Origin: Thermodesulfobacteriota bacterium
GTDB taxonomy: Bacteria > Desulfobacterota > Desulfobacteria > Desulfobacterales > C00003060
Length of the DNA stretch: 64,000 nt
Direction of reading: 5' to 3'
NCBI GenBank assembly: GCA_034189385.1
Contig: JAXHVD010000011.1
Coordinates: 81,388 to 145,387 of the forward strand
This document shows positions 1 to 11,425 of this stretch, in pieces. The notes under the pieces were generated by a model that ran no database searches, was not told the DNA's origin, and was given only the letters and a program-made list of their open reading frames with translations. Position 1 is the stretch's first letter; every line of letters starts with the position of its first letter. The position numbers and the translations under genes were made by a program.

Positions 1-2
1 AG

Positions 3-1103
3 ATCCTACTCACATTGCAGGGCCAGACCCTGGATGTGCTGGAGGTGTCTGAGAATCCTCCCACAATCCAAATAGACGAGCCCCAGCCTGGGGCCAAGTG
101 GGAGACGGGCCGGCAGACGGTAAAATGGACCGCACAAGATCCGGATCAGGACCCTCTCAGCTTCACTATCCTCTACTCCCCGAACGAGGGCCAGACTTGG
201 CACCCTGTGGCCTGGGCCGTACAAGGGCAATCCTATGACGTTCACACGAACCTGTTGCCAGGGGGGAGTGGTGGCCGCATCCGTGTTGTTGCCACCGATG
301 GATTCAACACCAAACATGCCGATACAGGGGGAACATTCTACGTTCAAGGAAACCCACCGGAGGCCCATATTGGCCAGCCGGAAGAAGGTACACAGTTTGC
401 CTCCGGAGAAACCATTGTCTTTGAAGGGCAAGGCTACGACATGGAAGATGGATTCCTGCCTGACGAAGCATTCCTATGGTCTTACGGCGGAAAGGGCTTT
501 GGGACGGGGAGTCAAGTGACCGCCCGTTTCCCTGAAGGGGCCCACGAGGTGGTCCTCACCGTCGTTGACAGTGATAAAGAAATTGCTCAGGATGTCATAG
601 AGATCACAGTGGTTGCCGATGCCGACAGGGATGGGATTGTCGATGACGCGGACAACTGCCCTTATCTTCCCAACGCGGATCAGGCAGATGCCGATGGCGA
701 CGGCGTAGGAGATGCCTGTGAGACCGAACAGGTGATCTGTGCCTACCTTGGCGACGACTGCAAACCGTCTCTCCTGGACCAGGATATCTTTAAGTTCCGT
801 GGAACCAAGGGCGAAAGGGTCACGGTGACACTGAAGGCAGAGCCGGAAGAGGCCGGGTGCGGGAAACGGGCCACTTTGATTCTGAAAGACAGGATACGGG
901 GGGTTTGGCTATACAACAAAGACAGGGGCAAACTGCCCAATGAGATTACAGCCGAGCTTTCCGGAACCGGGACTTATCTTGTCATCGTTTCCGAGCAGTC
1001 CCGATTCGCAAGAGGAAAGAAATACAGGGGCGATTACTGCATCACCTTGGATGCTTCCCTGGAGACGGCTCAAACTCTTGAGCCGACAAAGTGGGTAGAG
1101 TAA
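3..1103 (+). CDS. Secreted/surface protein, 5'-truncated by the window edge; Ig/PKD-like domains, a thrombospondin type-3 Ca-binding repeat and a C-terminal beta domain
   Basis: Frame is open from position 3. [35 protein letters not shown] is a TSP3-like repeat; [13 protein letters not shown] is PKD-like. Confidence 0.75.
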   Translation: MLLTLQGQTLDVLEVSENPPTIQIDEPQPGAKWETGRQTVKWTAQDPDQDPLSFTILYSPNEGQTWHPVAWAVQGQSYDVHTNLLPGGSGGRIRVVATDGFNTKHADTGGTFYVQGNPPEAHIGQPEEGTQFASGETIVFEGQGYDMEDGFLPDEAFLWSYGGKGFGTGSQVTARFPEGAHEVVLTVVDSDKEIAQDVIEITVVADADRDGIVDDADNCPYLPNADQADADGDGVGDACETEQVICAYLGDDCKPSLLDQDIFKFRGTKGERVTVTLKAEPEEAGCGKRATLILKDRIRGVWLYNKDRGKLPNEITAELSGTGTYLVIVSEQSRFARGKKYRGDYCITLDASLETAQTLEPTKWVE

Positions 1104-1152
1104 CGAAAAAATCATAATGGCCCTGGCGAAAAACCAGGGTTTTAGTTCAAAA

Positions 1153-1182
1153 GAGGCAGGGTCAAAAATGGCCCTGCCTTTT
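1153..1182 (+). terminator. Rho-independent terminator
   Basis: AGGCAGGGTCA-loop-TGGCCCTGCCT followed by TTT. A second hairpin (CCCTGG/CCAGGG) lies at 1121-1139. Confidence 0.65.
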
Positions 1183-1365
1183 GCATGGGGTCACCAGGGC
1201 CATGTGTGAAGCAAGGGGACGAAGCGGTCCATTTCAATTACAGTGGCATTGTAAGAGACCCGAGAACCTGCTAACATGGAAACACCATGACATTTAGCCT
1301 TTGGCGGGTGTGCGGCAGGTATGGTCTGTTGGCTGACTGGGTAGTTGAGACGAAGGAGGAAGCGT

Positions 1366-2868
1366 ATGAATAGGACATCTAGTTTGGGTAAAACAAATAT
1401 AGCAGGAAGACGGCTTCTGAGAGGATTGGCATTGCTTCTCATTTCATCTGGATTGCTCTTGCCGGTATGTTATGCCGGGGCGGGTTTTCCCCAAGTCGTA
1501 TTCATTCTTGACGGCTCAGGCAGCATGTGGGGAGACGCAGGGGGGCAGACAAAGATCGAGGCTGCCAAGGAGGTAATGGCCGAAGTGGTTCCAGGCCTGC
1601 CGCCAGAAGTAAAGGTCGGGCTTGCGGCCTATGGACACAGGCGAAAAGGAGATTGCGCTGACATGGAGATACTGATCCCGCCGGGGAGTGCGGACAGAGA
1701 GGGGCTCCTTTCCAAGGTGAAGGGTCTGTCGCCCAAGGGAAAGACACCCATTGCCGATTCCATCACCATGGTAGCGAACTCGTTGAAAGAGATGGAAGAT
1801 GAAACCACTATAGTACTGGTGAGCGATGGAGAGGAGACCTGCCACACCGATCCCTGCGGTGCCGTCAAGAGCCTGAAGACTTCTGGCATCAAATTCATCC
1901 TTCACGTGGTGGGCTTTGGAGTAGATGCCAAAGAGAAGGAACAGCTCACCTGTCTGGCTGAAGCAGGAGGGGGCCAGTATTTTGGCGCCAGTAATGCAGC
2001 GTTGCTCCTTTCTGCCCTGGAGACCGTAAGGGAAGACATTGTGCAAAAGGTGGAAAAGGCCAAGACTACCACTAAAAAGGCGGCCACCAAGCTGGGGAAA
2101 CTCCGGATCACCATGCCACAGGCCTCCACCGTGAGTCTGAACACGTTTAAGATACTACGGGTGTCTGATGGCAAACTCATCAAGACCATTCAAGACCCGG
2201 GAGCCGATGCCACACATGCGCTGCTTTCCGGGAGCTACGAGGTTCTGGCCGGTTTTGCCAATTCCAACTACCAACCCGATTCAGAGGTGTCCTTTGGCAT
2301 CTGGGAACTACAGGGCGGAGAGACGACAGACATGCCACTGGGGGCCATGGCCATCAATATTGCCGATTCCTTAAAAGGGATACCCGCAGGAGCGGTGATC
2401 ATCACTAAGGCTGGAGACGACACGTTTTCTCTGGTCACCCCATACACCGGCAATGACTACTACCTTTACAAGACCAAACCGCTTCCATCAGGGACGTATC
2501 ATTTGGCTGTCCATTACAAGAGGATGTACCTCTATCAAACGGGTGAGACGCCCGTCATCCTTGCCTCCAATGTCCAAGTAACTGAAAGACAAGAGGGCGT
2601 CGTGACCATAGACTCCGGCATCGTCCTCAAAAAGGCCCAAGATTCAACGGCCACGGCCTGGGAGTTGAGAACGGCAGATAAAGGCGAGGCCATCATGCGC
2701 ATCGAAAGAGCTTCCAATGGGGATCATCCATTATGGGCCCCCTATGCTGTCCAGCCCGGCACCTATGATCTCTTGGTGTTCCTTGCAGGGATGACGGAGC
2801 CCCTTCCTGTGGGAGAAGGCTTGCGCATCAGCAAGGGCGGCCTCCTGGAGTTTGACACAGGGCTTTAG
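1366..2868 (+). CDS. VWA domain-containing exported protein
   Basis: AGGAGG RBS before ATG 1366; signal peptide; MIDAS motif ILDGSGSM, GKTPIA and LVSDGEETC. Confidence 0.85.
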   Translation: MNRTSSLGKTNIAGRRLLRGLALLLISSGLLLPVCYAGAGFPQVVFILDGSGSMWGDAGGQTKIEAAKEVMAEVVPGLPPEVKVGLAAYGHRRKGDCADMEILIPPGSADREGLLSKVKGLSPKGKTPIADSITMVANSLKEMEDETTIVLVSDGEETCHTDPCGAVKSLKTSGIKFILHVVGFGVDAKEKEQLTCLAEAGGGQYFGASNAALLLSALETVREDIVQKVEKAKTTTKKAATKLGKLRITMPQASTVSLNTFKILRVSDGKLIKTIQDPGADATHALLSGSYEVLAGFANSNYQPDSEVSFGIWELQGGETTDMPLGAMAINIADSLKGIPAGAVIITKAGDDTFSLVTPYTGNDYYLYKTKPLPSGTYHLAVHYKRMYLYQTGETPVILASNVQVTERQEGVVTIDSGIVLKKAQDSTATAWELRTADKGEAIMRIERASNGDHPLWAPYAVQPGTYDLLVFLAGMTEPLPVGEGLRISKGGLLEFDTGL

Positions 2869-2920
2869 TATCTGAGCCGTTGTGGAAATGTCTCCAGAAT
2901 GGCTCCGGAGCTGGTCGACT

Positions 2921-3814
2921 ATGAAAGGGTCCGATAGCATCCCTCGGTTTTCTTTGATTGTTCCTGCATACAATGAGGAGGCCTATCTGCCTGCTCTCCT
3001 GAAGAGCGTGCACAAGGCACGTACGTCCTATGTGGGTGGGGCAGATGCCATCGAGGTTCTCGTCGTGGATAACGCATCCACGGATGCAACGGCAGACCTG
3101 GCCAGAAGACAGGGTTGCCGCGTGGTGCGAGAAGAAAAGCGCGTCATTGCTGCAGTTCGCAATGCCGGTGCCCGGGAGGCCTGGGGACAGATCTTCGTGT
3201 TCGTCGATGCAGACAGCGTTATCCACCCTGATACCTTCAATGCCATTGACAAGAGCCTTTCCACCGGCAAGGTGATAGCCGGCACATCGGGCGTGAAGAT
3301 GCAGAGGATGTCTCTCGGCATTGCCGTGACCTATCTGCTGATGGTCCCCTTGGTGTGGCTTACGGGGATGGACACGGGCGTGGTCTTTTGCCGCCGGGAG
3401 GACTTCAGGATCATCGGAGGTTACAACGAGGGGCGTCTTTATGCTGAAGACGTTCAGCTTCTGTGGGATCTCATGTTATTGGGTCGCAAACGCCAACAGA
3501 AACTTGCCCGCACCACATCAGTGAAGGCCATTTTCTCAACCCGCAAGTTTGACGACCATGGTGACTGGCACTATTGGTGGCTAATGGCCCGTTTCCTCTG
3601 GGGACTGGTATTTTCACCACGCTCTATGGGTGACTTTGCCCTGACCTACTGGTACAGTGATGAACGCACCAAACCAAAGGAGGAAAACAAGACCAGGGCT
3701 TTGTATACTCCTGACACTGAAGATTGGCAAGGGCGCAGACAGAATGCGGGGAGCATACCATCAGAGAGAAATGGCAGAAGAAGCCCGTTCAAAGATAAGT
3801 GTTTTTGGCAATAG
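2921..3814 (+). CDS. Glycosyltransferase family 2
   Basis: SLIVPAYNEE, VVDNASTDAT, RNAGA and FVDADS motifs; start placed at the ATG after GGAG. Confidence 0.85.
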   Translation: MKGSDSIPRFSLIVPAYNEEAYLPALLKSVHKARTSYVGGADAIEVLVVDNASTDATADLARRQGCRVVREEKRVIAAVRNAGAREAWGQIFVFVDADSVIHPDTFNAIDKSLSTGKVIAGTSGVKMQRMSLGIAVTYLLMVPLVWLTGMDTGVVFCRREDFRIIGGYNEGRLYAEDVQLLWDLMLLGRKRQQKLARTTSVKAIFSTRKFDDHGDWHYWWLMARFLWGLVFSPRSMGDFALTYWYSDERTKPKEENKTRALYTPDTEDWQGRRQNAGSIPSERNGRRSPFKDKCFWQ

Positions 3815-3835
3815 ATACTCTTGGGTAGTATTTTC

Positions 3836-4696
3836 ATGGATCTCGCGCAGGCAGCCTTAGTCCTTGAAGGCGGGGGTTTTAGGGGGGTGTACACTTCCGG
3901 CGTCCTCGCCTTCTTCATGGATAAGAATCTTCATTTTTTCTACGTCATTGGCGTCTCCATGGGGGCCTGCAATGCCGCAAGCTATATCTCCCGGCAACGG
4001 GAAAGAAACAGAATCGTCAATATCCGATATGTCAATGATGCTCGCTACATGAGCTATCTTCGGCTTCTCACCAAAGGCGAACTGTTCGGCATGGATTTCA
4101 TTTTCGACACCATCCCCAACGCTCTTGTGCCATTCGACTTTAAGACTTTTATGAAAAGCGAGCAGAAATGCCTCACCACAGTGACCGACTGCAAAACAGG
4201 CGAGGCGGTCTACTATGAAAAGGGAGAGCTCGGTGCAGATTATATGAAGATACTCCGGGCATCGAGCAGCTTGCCGTATATTGCTAAACCTGTCCATTAC
4301 AAAGGGCGGGTTCTAATGGATGGCGGGCTGTCTGATTCCATTCCCATTGAAAAGAGCATCCATGACGGAAACACGAAAAACGTTCTTGTCCTGACCCGTC
4401 CCAAGGGCTACCGTAAGAAACGTTCCCCTCTCGTGGTATTGGCTCACTTACGGTATCCCAGATACAAGGGCTTGTGTAGATCTCTCAGCGATCGGCACCT
4501 TCGGTACAATGCTACCATGGAATACATAGACCGGCTAGAAGAGGAGGATCGCGTATTCGTCATCCGGCCTCAGTTCCCTCTAAATCCTGGAAGAATCGAA
4601 CGAAATAAGGACAAACTATATGGGGTCTATGACCAGGGCTATGCCGATGCTCGGGCATCTTACAAAACCCTTTGTTCCTATTTGATGGGCTCGTAA
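3836..4696 (+). CDS. Patatin-like phospholipase
   Basis: EGGGFRG glycine loop, GVSMG nucleophile elbow, DGG motif. Confidence 0.9.
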   Translation: MDLAQAALVLEGGGFRGVYTSGVLAFFMDKNLHFFYVIGVSMGACNAASYISRQRERNRIVNIRYVNDARYMSYLRLLTKGELFGMDFIFDTIPNALVPFDFKTFMKSEQKCLTTVTDCKTGEAVYYEKGELGADYMKILRASSSLPYIAKPVHYKGRVLMDGGLSDSIPIEKSIHDGNTKNVLVLTRPKGYRKKRSPLVVLAHLRYPRYKGLCRSLSDRHLRYNATMEYIDRLEEEDRVFVIRPQFPLNPGRIERNKDKLYGVYDQGYADARASYKTLCSYLMGS

Positions 4697-4827
4697 AAAA
4701 TGCCTTTTGTGAGACCGTCCTATATGGCTTCCAGTCAGTGCCTGCAAGATGCACCTCTGAAGTATTCGGCAAAGAGGCAAAGGCTCGGCCCTCAGTCAGA
4801 AGCGCCTGGAGTAACGGGAGGGTATCT

Positions 4828-5820
4828 GTGGACCTTTTAAGAAAGCTGCAAAGATGGTGGATGCTGGCAGTCCTTTTAGCCGTTTGTGGATGCGCCCATC
4901 ACGCCAAGGTTTTACCGGAAAAGATTCGCACCGTTTATGCAGTTGAGAACAAAACCGATGATCCTTCGACCTTTCTTGCCCCCCTTTTTCTCACCTACGA
5001 ACATGAGAATCCGTACAACCGTATCGGCAGGCCCTCGGCTATTGGTGGTGAAGAGGGGCAAAAGGGCATCTTTGTAGATACTGACAAGCCTGCCGTTTAC
5101 TACATGGTACGCAGGTTCACAACGGACAGGGGCGAATACACCAACTACATCTACAGGGTCCACTTTCCTAAAGTCCCCTTCAGTATGATCCCCTTCAATC
5201 TCACTGCCGGAAAAAATGTAGGGCTCATGATTGTTCTCACGGTAGACTCTGAGAATCGGCCCCTTTTGATCACCACCGTTCACACCTGTGGTTGCTATCG
5301 CGCAACCTTGCCCACCTCCTATCTTCCCGCTGACGCCCTTCCAGAAGACTGGGAGGACGGCCCTTTGGACGTCTTTGGTGAAAAGCTTCCCTGGAGCCTC
5401 GATTATGCTGAGATGGAGAGTCCCAGGCTTCTTGTTCATCTCCGTCCGGGGGTGCACAGGGTGATGAACCTTGAGGTCATGGAGGAAAAGGCGTTGAACA
5501 GCAACAGCGGTTTTCACCTAATTGAAACGCCCTTGCTCCCTATGGATGAACTGGAAAGCATCCCTTTGAACGGAGACACCACAAGCTTTTATCATGATAA
5601 GGGGTGGCTAAAAGGGCATGTGAAAGGCTCCGTGAAGTTGTTGGAATCAATCTTTTTGAGTCTTATCAGTTTTGATTTGTTTGTGGGAACAGACAAGGCT
5701 TACGGGGACCCAGACGTGACGGGCAATCCTTTCTACACCAGCCTGAAGCCGTGGAATAGGAACGCCTCTGATATGTGGGATTTTGCGAGGTTCCTTCAAT
5801 TCTGGGGCTGGAAATTATAG
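4828..5820 (+). CDS. Hypothetical lipoprotein
   Basis: GGGAGG RBS before GTG 4828; lipobox-like LAVCGC; long ORF. Confidence 0.65.
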   Translation: MDLLRKLQRWWMLAVLLAVCGCAHHAKVLPEKIRTVYAVENKTDDPSTFLAPLFLTYEHENPYNRIGRPSAIGGEEGQKGIFVDTDKPAVYYMVRRFTTDRGEYTNYIYRVHFPKVPFSMIPFNLTAGKNVGLMIVLTVDSENRPLLITTVHTCGCYRATLPTSYLPADALPEDWEDGPLDVFGEKLPWSLDYAEMESPRLLVHLRPGVHRVMNLEVMEEKALNSNSGFHLIETPLLPMDELESIPLNGDTTSFYHDKGWLKGHVKGSVKLLESIFLSLISFDLFVGTDKAYGDPDVTGNPFYTSLKPWNRNASDMWDFARFLQFWGWKL

Positions 5821-5929
5821 GAGGGCTCCGTTGCTCGTGTCGCATGGCTAAGCCCATGGAGTCCTTTTTCGTCCCGTCAAACGTAGACCGATATACGGTG
5901 TCAGTGGCTCGGTGGGGCCGCCAAAGATG

Positions 5930-6400
5930 TCACTCCACTACCCACACCGTGCAATTGCGGGCATGGGTGACGATCTTGCTGGAGACACTTCCGAAGAGAA
6001 ACTCTTCACTCCGTGAAAGTCCCTGTCTTCCGACAACAATGGTGTCATATTTAATTTCGTCCCGTTCAGAAAGGATGCACTCCGCCATAGAAGGGCAGTA
6101 ACGGAGAGGAGAGCGGACGGACACGTCCTTTGGGTCAAAACCGGCCTGGATGAGGATGTCTCGGCAATCGTCCAACAAGGCGTTGATCTTTTCTTTGTAT
6201 TGCCGGAGCCATTCGTCTTTTTCTGCCGTGTTTGGGAAATAGTCTTCATCTGCTTCCTGGAGGACGTGTAGAATGGTAACCCTAAACCCCTTGACGCCTC
6301 CAAGAAGCTGGCCCACATAATCGACAGCCCGTCTGGCATTGTCAGAGTCGTCAACAGCCACAAGGATGTTTTTGTTAAATACCCTTCTTTGTGAAGTCAT
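5930..6400 (-). CDS. Universal stress protein
   Basis: NILVAVDDS at the N-terminus; VVGRQG...FLFGSVSSKIV motif. Confidence 0.9.
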   Translation of the reverse strand: MTSQRRVFNKNILVAVDDSDNARRAVDYVGQLLGGVKGFRVTILHVLQEADEDYFPNTAEKDEWLRQYKEKINALLDDCRDILIQAGFDPKDVSVRSPLRYCPSMAECILSERDEIKYDTIVVGRQGLSRSEEFLFGSVSSKIVTHARNCTVWVVE

Positions 6401-6482
6401 GGTCTCCCCCTCTTGCTTCCGGACTGGATGCCCCATTAGCTCCGGCGTGCATGTGATACCTCAACCCTTCTCGCCGGGCAGT

Positions 6483-7460
6483 TCATGATTGCGCCTCCCT
6501 GAAGGCCCCCAGGTCTTCTAGAAGCTCTCCAGTGGTTTCATAGAATCGGTTGGCACCTCTTGAAAAATGCAAAAAGACACGGTTTAGGGCCTCTGGTATG
6601 TAAGGATAAACCTTTTTCAAATTCACGACGCGATTTCGAAATACAATGTTGAGGTCTGCCTCCCTGAGCGTACCCAGGGCCCGGTGATCCTGTTGCTTCA
6701 AATCTTGTAGGAGCACATCTCCCATGCCTGCCAAAAAGGCCAAGACATTACCCAGCCCAAAGAGGTCGTAACCGTAGATATTTTCCCTGTGACGATAATT
6801 GAAGTCAAAATCGATCCACCGGAAATCTCCTGTCTCTCGGTCCACCAGGATGTGGTCTCTCCTGATGTCTCCGTGTTTTTCGCCGTGATGGTGAAGGAAC
6901 TGGACGGCCTGAATGCATTCTATGAACCGATCCAAGATGCCTGGGAATGTGTTGAAGTAATAGTCCTCATGATCCCCTTGTCGGTTCTGCAGGTACTTGT
7001 ACAAAGAGGGCCCGTAGATGAAGTCCAGGACACGCACCACGTTTTCCTTGTCATCACACACTGAATACCCGTGCATGAAGTTCTTGTGGCCGGAGACCAG
7101 GTCCAGAATGCGGGCCTCTTTTCTGGGGCTTCGAAAGCACTCGAACTCATAACCGGCGACATGGGCCTTGAACCTTTCATGGAAGACAAGTTTGATAATC
7201 TTGTGACTTCCGTCCGAAAGGTCGATGGCCCGCTTCACCCAGTATTTGACTTCGTCATCTAGGCCGAACCGTCCCTCTTTGGCATTGTGCCGAATAAGAT
7301 AGGCTCTTCCATCCAAATCCACGATATCACCATAATCCACGCCGAAAAAATCGGTGGTATCTCTATGAATCTTAAGACGTGAAGCGTCTTGGCCGGCAGG
7401 AAGCCAGCGGGAAGCCATTTCACAGAAGCCTTTTTCAGAGATGGGTGCTGCCATCGGCAT
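6483..7460 (-). CDS. Atypical Ser/Thr protein kinase-like protein
   Basis: KIIKLVF lysine strand, HGDIRRDH catalytic loop, WIDFD, DLFGLG. Confidence 0.7.
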   Translation of the reverse strand: MPMAAPISEKGFCEMASRWLPAGQDASRLKIHRDTTDFFGVDYGDIVDLDGRAYLIRHNAKEGRFGLDDEVKYWVKRAIDLSDGSHKIIKLVFHERFKAHVAGYEFECFRSPRKEARILDLVSGHKNFMHGYSVCDDKENVVRVLDFIYGPSLYKYLQNRQGDHEDYYFNTFPGILDRFIECIQAVQFLHHHGEKHGDIRRDHILVDRETGDFRWIDFDFNYRHRENIYGYDLFGLGNVLAFLAGMGDVLLQDLKQQDHRALGTLREADLNIVFRNRVVNLKKVYPYIPEALNRVFLHFSRGANRFYETTGELLEDLGAFREAQS

Positions 7461-8058
7461 GCCTCATTGCATACTCAAAGGGGGATGTTAAAGGACGACG
7501 AGAACATAGCGTAAAGACCTGTAGGTGTCAATTTGGGCCCATTTTCACCTGATTGCAGATGAACCCCTTCTTGGACCGGGCAGTGTCTGTCCATCCATGC
7601 GTCTTCATACCGCAACCACTGACGCCAGTGGCCAATTCAGCCTCCCACAGGCGGATGCAAGAGGTCCAAAACGTGTCTTCTCAGTTTAGATTTTAAATGG
7701 CGATTCAACTGGTTAGGCGAAATGTGGCGGGTTGACTTGAATGGCTCCCTCTTTGCCTCGGCTCCCCACTTGGAACTCGAGACTTGCCCTTGTGCCGTCG
7801 TGAGTCCTCTGAGAGACTCCGTAGTTTCCGCATGATGAATAGGTAGTTTTTGCGTAAAAAAATGGTCACTTGAGGGGATTGATTCTCTGGCTCTGGTCTG
7901 ATATCGGCCAATTGGGGGAAGCGCTACGGGGCAGCCTATTGGCCGGCTCACGGAACCCGGAAAATGGCTTGATGGTGACACTCTACCTTTTAAAGGAACT
8001 CCTGAGACACCACACTGGCGGCATAACATGAACTCAATTCTGAAAGAGGTGGCAAACA

Positions 8059-8346
8059 ATGGCACTGACAAAGAATGAGATCGTTGATTCCATGTACAGA
8101 AAACTCAACCTTCCGAAGAGGAAATGTGCGGACACCGTTACAGCCTTGTTGGAAATCATGAAGCGAACTCTCGTAAATGGTGAAGAGATCATGATCAGCA
8201 GGTTCGGGAAGTTCTCCGTGAGAAGTAAGAATGCACGGATAGGAAGAAATCCTCAAACCGGCCAAGGGCTGATGTTGAGACCAAGGAAAGTGGTGATCTT
8301 CAAGTCCTCCGAGGTGTTGAGAGATCGGGTGAATGGTAGGCGATAG
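8059..8346 (+). CDS. ihfA: Integration host factor alpha-like (HU/IHF family)
   Basis: MALTKNEIV start; FGKFSVR and GRNPQTG motifs. Confidence 0.85.
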   Translation: MALTKNEIVDSMYRKLNLPKRKCADTVTALLEIMKRTLVNGEEIMISRFGKFSVRSKNARIGRNPQTGQGLMLRPRKVVIFKSSEVLRDRVNGRR

Positions 8347-8929
8347 ACTGGAGCTTGGCATCCTCGCCCGAGGAGCCTGACCTCAACCCATGGGCCCAGG
8401 AACCGGATGCAAGCTGTCATATTCGTCACAAAGCCCCCATGAAGCCAGCTGGTTGGTAGCTTCTTGGCTCTTGGCAAGGATAGCTGCTGTCGTCGAGCAA
8501 GCTTTGGCCAGTTAGATTATCGTCTAATATCTTTGAATTTTGCCGGATCGTTTTCGCTGGGGTCTCCTCACTTTTCCAAGGAGATTAACATCTACAATAT
8601 GTGGTGCTGCTTTTCCGTCTAAGAGGGTCCGCGCAAACCCTTTCTTGGTCTCTGTGCAGGTCGTTTTTTGATTTGTCCGGACCTGTGAGTTTGGTATCGG
8701 CCGGCCTGTTACGATTCCTTTGGTACATACGGCATGAGATCTCCGAGCCTGTCTGTCCCTCTTAAGCAACCGTCAAAATATTGACAAATTAGAAGCAGTA
8801 GATCTCGTTGCCATGCAATTTCGCGCTGAGCCCCTAGAATAAAGAACGTCCAACTATTTGCAATTAGGCGACATTGGTAGGCAACATTCGTGTCCGATTG
8901 CGTTGGCATGTGTCGTGCAGGAGGTAGTG

Positions 8930-11359
8930 ATGGTTTATCGTTTTCAAGGAGGCACAGTGAAGACCGCCAGCACGCAGAGAGAACAACCTGTTGTGCTAGT
9001 AGCAGATGACGACATGACTATTCGGCTTCTTGCCCGTGAGTCACTGGAACAGGTCGGCCTTACCGTGGAGGAAGCTGAAGATGGGGCGCAGGCCCTGTCT
9101 GCCTTTAAGCGTTTGCAGCCCGATATCGTATTGCTAGACGTTCTTATGCCCGAGGTGGACGGTTTTGGTGTGTGCGAAGCCATTCGAAAGTTGTCGGGTG
9201 GTGAGGCAACGCCGGTCCTGATGATCACAGGGGCTGATGACATTGAATCCATAAACCGGGCGTATGAGGCAGGGGCCACGGACTTTGCGCCCAAACCCAT
9301 CAACTGGCTAATTCTGCAGCACCGTGTACGGTACATGTTACGAGCAATCCGAGATGCTAAAAAGCTCCGAGAAAGTGAGTCCCAACTTTCCCACGCCCAC
9401 CATCTTGCTCATCTGGGCAATTGGCACTGGAACATAAAGACAAATGAGGTGACATGGTCCGACGAGCTCTATCGAATACTTGGCCTAACACCGAAGGCCT
9501 TTAGCCTTTCGCCGGATGCTTTCCTGAGTCTAGTTCATCCTGAAGAGATTCCATTTGTGAAACGATCGCTTCATGAAGCTCTCTACGAGCAGAAGCCTTA
9601 CAAGATCGATCATCGCATCGTTCTTCCTGATGGGTCGGCTCGGTTTGTTCACCAAGAGGGGGAGGTGACGTGGGATGAAGCTGGCCAGCCCACGTGGATG
9701 GCTGGCACAGTCCAAGACATTACTGAGCGGAAAGAGACCGAACAGGCCTTAGAGAAGGCAAAAGAAGTAGCGGAGGCGGCCAGCCAGGCGAAAAGCGAAT
9801 TTCTGGCGAACATGTCCCACGAGATTCGCACGCCCATGAATGCCGTCATCGGGATGACGGAACTGCTTCTTGACACGGCGTTGAGCCCTGAACAGCAGGA
9901 GTATGCCGAGACAGTGAGTACCAGTGCCGAGTCTCTGCTGGGGGTCATCAATGATATCTTAGATTTTGCCAAGATCGAGGCGCATCACTTAGCCGTGGAG
10001 AAGATTGACTTTCACCTTAGAATGAGCATTGAAGGCGTGGCTGATATGCTGGCCCCCACGGCCTACAAGAAGGACCTGGAGTTTGCGTGCATCATCGGGG
10101 CCGAGGTTCCCTCGTTGGTTCGGGGCGACCCTGGGCGACTGCGGCAGATATTGGTTAACCTGGTGGGCAATGCTGTGAAGTTTACTAAAAAAGGCGAGGT
10201 TGTTGTACGTGTCTCCTTGGATAAAGAAACGGACACACACGCCACGGTTCGGTTCGCGGTGACAGACACGGGTATTGGCATTCCCTCTGATCGTATGAAT
10301 CGACTGTTCAAGCCCTTTTCCCAGGCCGATACCTCCGCGACAAGGAAATATGGTGGCACTGGTCTGGGACTCATTATCTCCAGGCACCTCGCGGAGATGA
10401 TGGGTGGACACATCGGCGTTGAAACCAAGGAGGACGAGGGTTCCACGTTCTGGTTCACAGCTGTATTCCAAAAACAGCCAGAAGTAAAAGAGGCTCCAGC
10501 AGTGCTCCCCGCAGACATCCGGGGAAAAAAGATTCTCTTGGTGGACGACAACACAGTCAACCGCGAACTCTTCCGCGCCTATCTGACGTCCTGGGACTGC
10601 CAGTGCCGAGCAGCTTCGAGCGGACAGGACGGATTGTCTCTGCTACGTGAGGCTGTGGAAGCCGGAGATCCTTTTCACCTGGCCATTCTTGACCACGTGA
10701 TGCCAGAGATGGACGGGGAAGCTCTGGGAAGAGCGATCAAGGCTGATCAAGGGCTCAAAGACACGGCCTTGGTCATGGTCACCTCTTGGGGCCAGCGCGG
10801 TGATGCGGCCCGCATGAAGGAAATTGGTTTCAGTGCCTATCTGACAAAGCCCATCAAGCAGTCCCAACTCTTCGATTGTCTGGTGACGGTCCTTGGCAGG
10901 CCTTCCCGCGGCACCGAAAAGGGCGAAAAGCCGGCACTGGTCACTCGCCACACCTTGGCCGAGGCCAAACAAAGGGCCCGCATCCTTCTGGTGGAAGACA
11001 ATGTTCTGAATCAGAAACTCGCCCTGCGCCTCCTTGAGAAATCGGGCTACCGGGCCGATGCGGTGTTGAACGGCAAGGAGGCGGTTACGGCCCTTGAAAA
11101 GGACGCCTATAACCTTGTGCTCATGGATGTGCAGATGCCTGAAATGGACGGTTATGAAGCCACCGGGGTGATCCGTGATCCTGAGTCGAAGGTTCGAAAC
11201 CATGATGTTCCCATCATCGCTATGACAGCCCATGCCATGAAGGGGGACCGAGAACGCTGCCTTGAGGCCGGGATGAATGATTACATTTCCAAGCCCATCC
11301 AGGTCCAAAATCTCGGTGAGGTCATCGAGCGGTTTTTGCGGAACCCCAGTGGGGACTGA
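8930..11359 (+). CDS. Hybrid sensor histidine kinase (REC-PAS-HisKA-HATPase-REC-REC)
   Basis: [15 protein letters not shown]-box, [23 protein letters not shown]; three receiver domains. Start is ATG 8930 or GTG 8958, both with AGGAGG. Confidence 0.92.
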   Translation: MVYRFQGGTVKTASTQREQPVVLVADDDMTIRLLARESLEQVGLTVEEAEDGAQALSAFKRLQPDIVLLDVLMPEVDGFGVCEAIRKLSGGEATPVLMITGADDIESINRAYEAGATDFAPKPINWLILQHRVRYMLRAIRDAKKLRESESQLSHAHHLAHLGNWHWNIKTNEVTWSDELYRILGLTPKAFSLSPDAFLSLVHPEEIPFVKRSLHEALYEQKPYKIDHRIVLPDGSARFVHQEGEVTWDEAGQPTWMAGTVQDITERKETEQALEKAKEVAEAASQAKSEFLANMSHEIRTPMNAVIGMTELLLDTALSPEQQEYAETVSTSAESLLGVINDILDFAKIEAHHLAVEKIDFHLRMSIEGVADMLAPTAYKKDLEFACIIGAEVPSLVRGDPGRLRQILVNLVGNAVKFTKKGEVVVRVSLDKETDTHATVRFAVTDTGIGIPSDRMNRLFKPFSQADTSATRKYGGTGLGLIISRHLAEMMGGHIGVETKEDEGSTFWFTAVFQKQPEVKEAPAVLPADIRGKKILLVDDNTVNRELFRAYLTSWDCQCRAASSGQDGLSLLREAVEAGDPFHLAILDHVMPEMDGEALGRAIKADQGLKDTALVMVTSWGQRGDAARMKEIGFSAYLTKPIKQSQLFDCLVTVLGRPSRGTEKGEKPALVTRHTLAEAKQRARILLVEDNVLNQKLALRLLEKSGYRADAVLNGKEAVTALEKDAYNLVLMDVQMPEMDGYEATGVIRDPESKVRNHDVPIIAMTAHAMKGDRERCLEAGMNDYISKPIQVQNLGEVIERFLRNPSGD

Positions 11360-11425
11360 ACTACCGATTAGATTAATTTGCCTAGTTTTAGACACCGACA
11401 CGGTTCATTTGTAGGATGATGAAAC

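Noticed and set aside
1190..1345. Riboswitch or ncRNA in long intergenic regions (also 7460-8050, 18365-18810, 28620-29080, 51800-52480)
   Set aside because: No known consensus could be recognised by eye; an Rfam/Infernal scan is needed.
10643..11401. Long antisense ORFs (also 49222-50046, 51339-52205, 24660-25220 and others)
   Set aside because: Shadow ORFs opposite well-supported genes.
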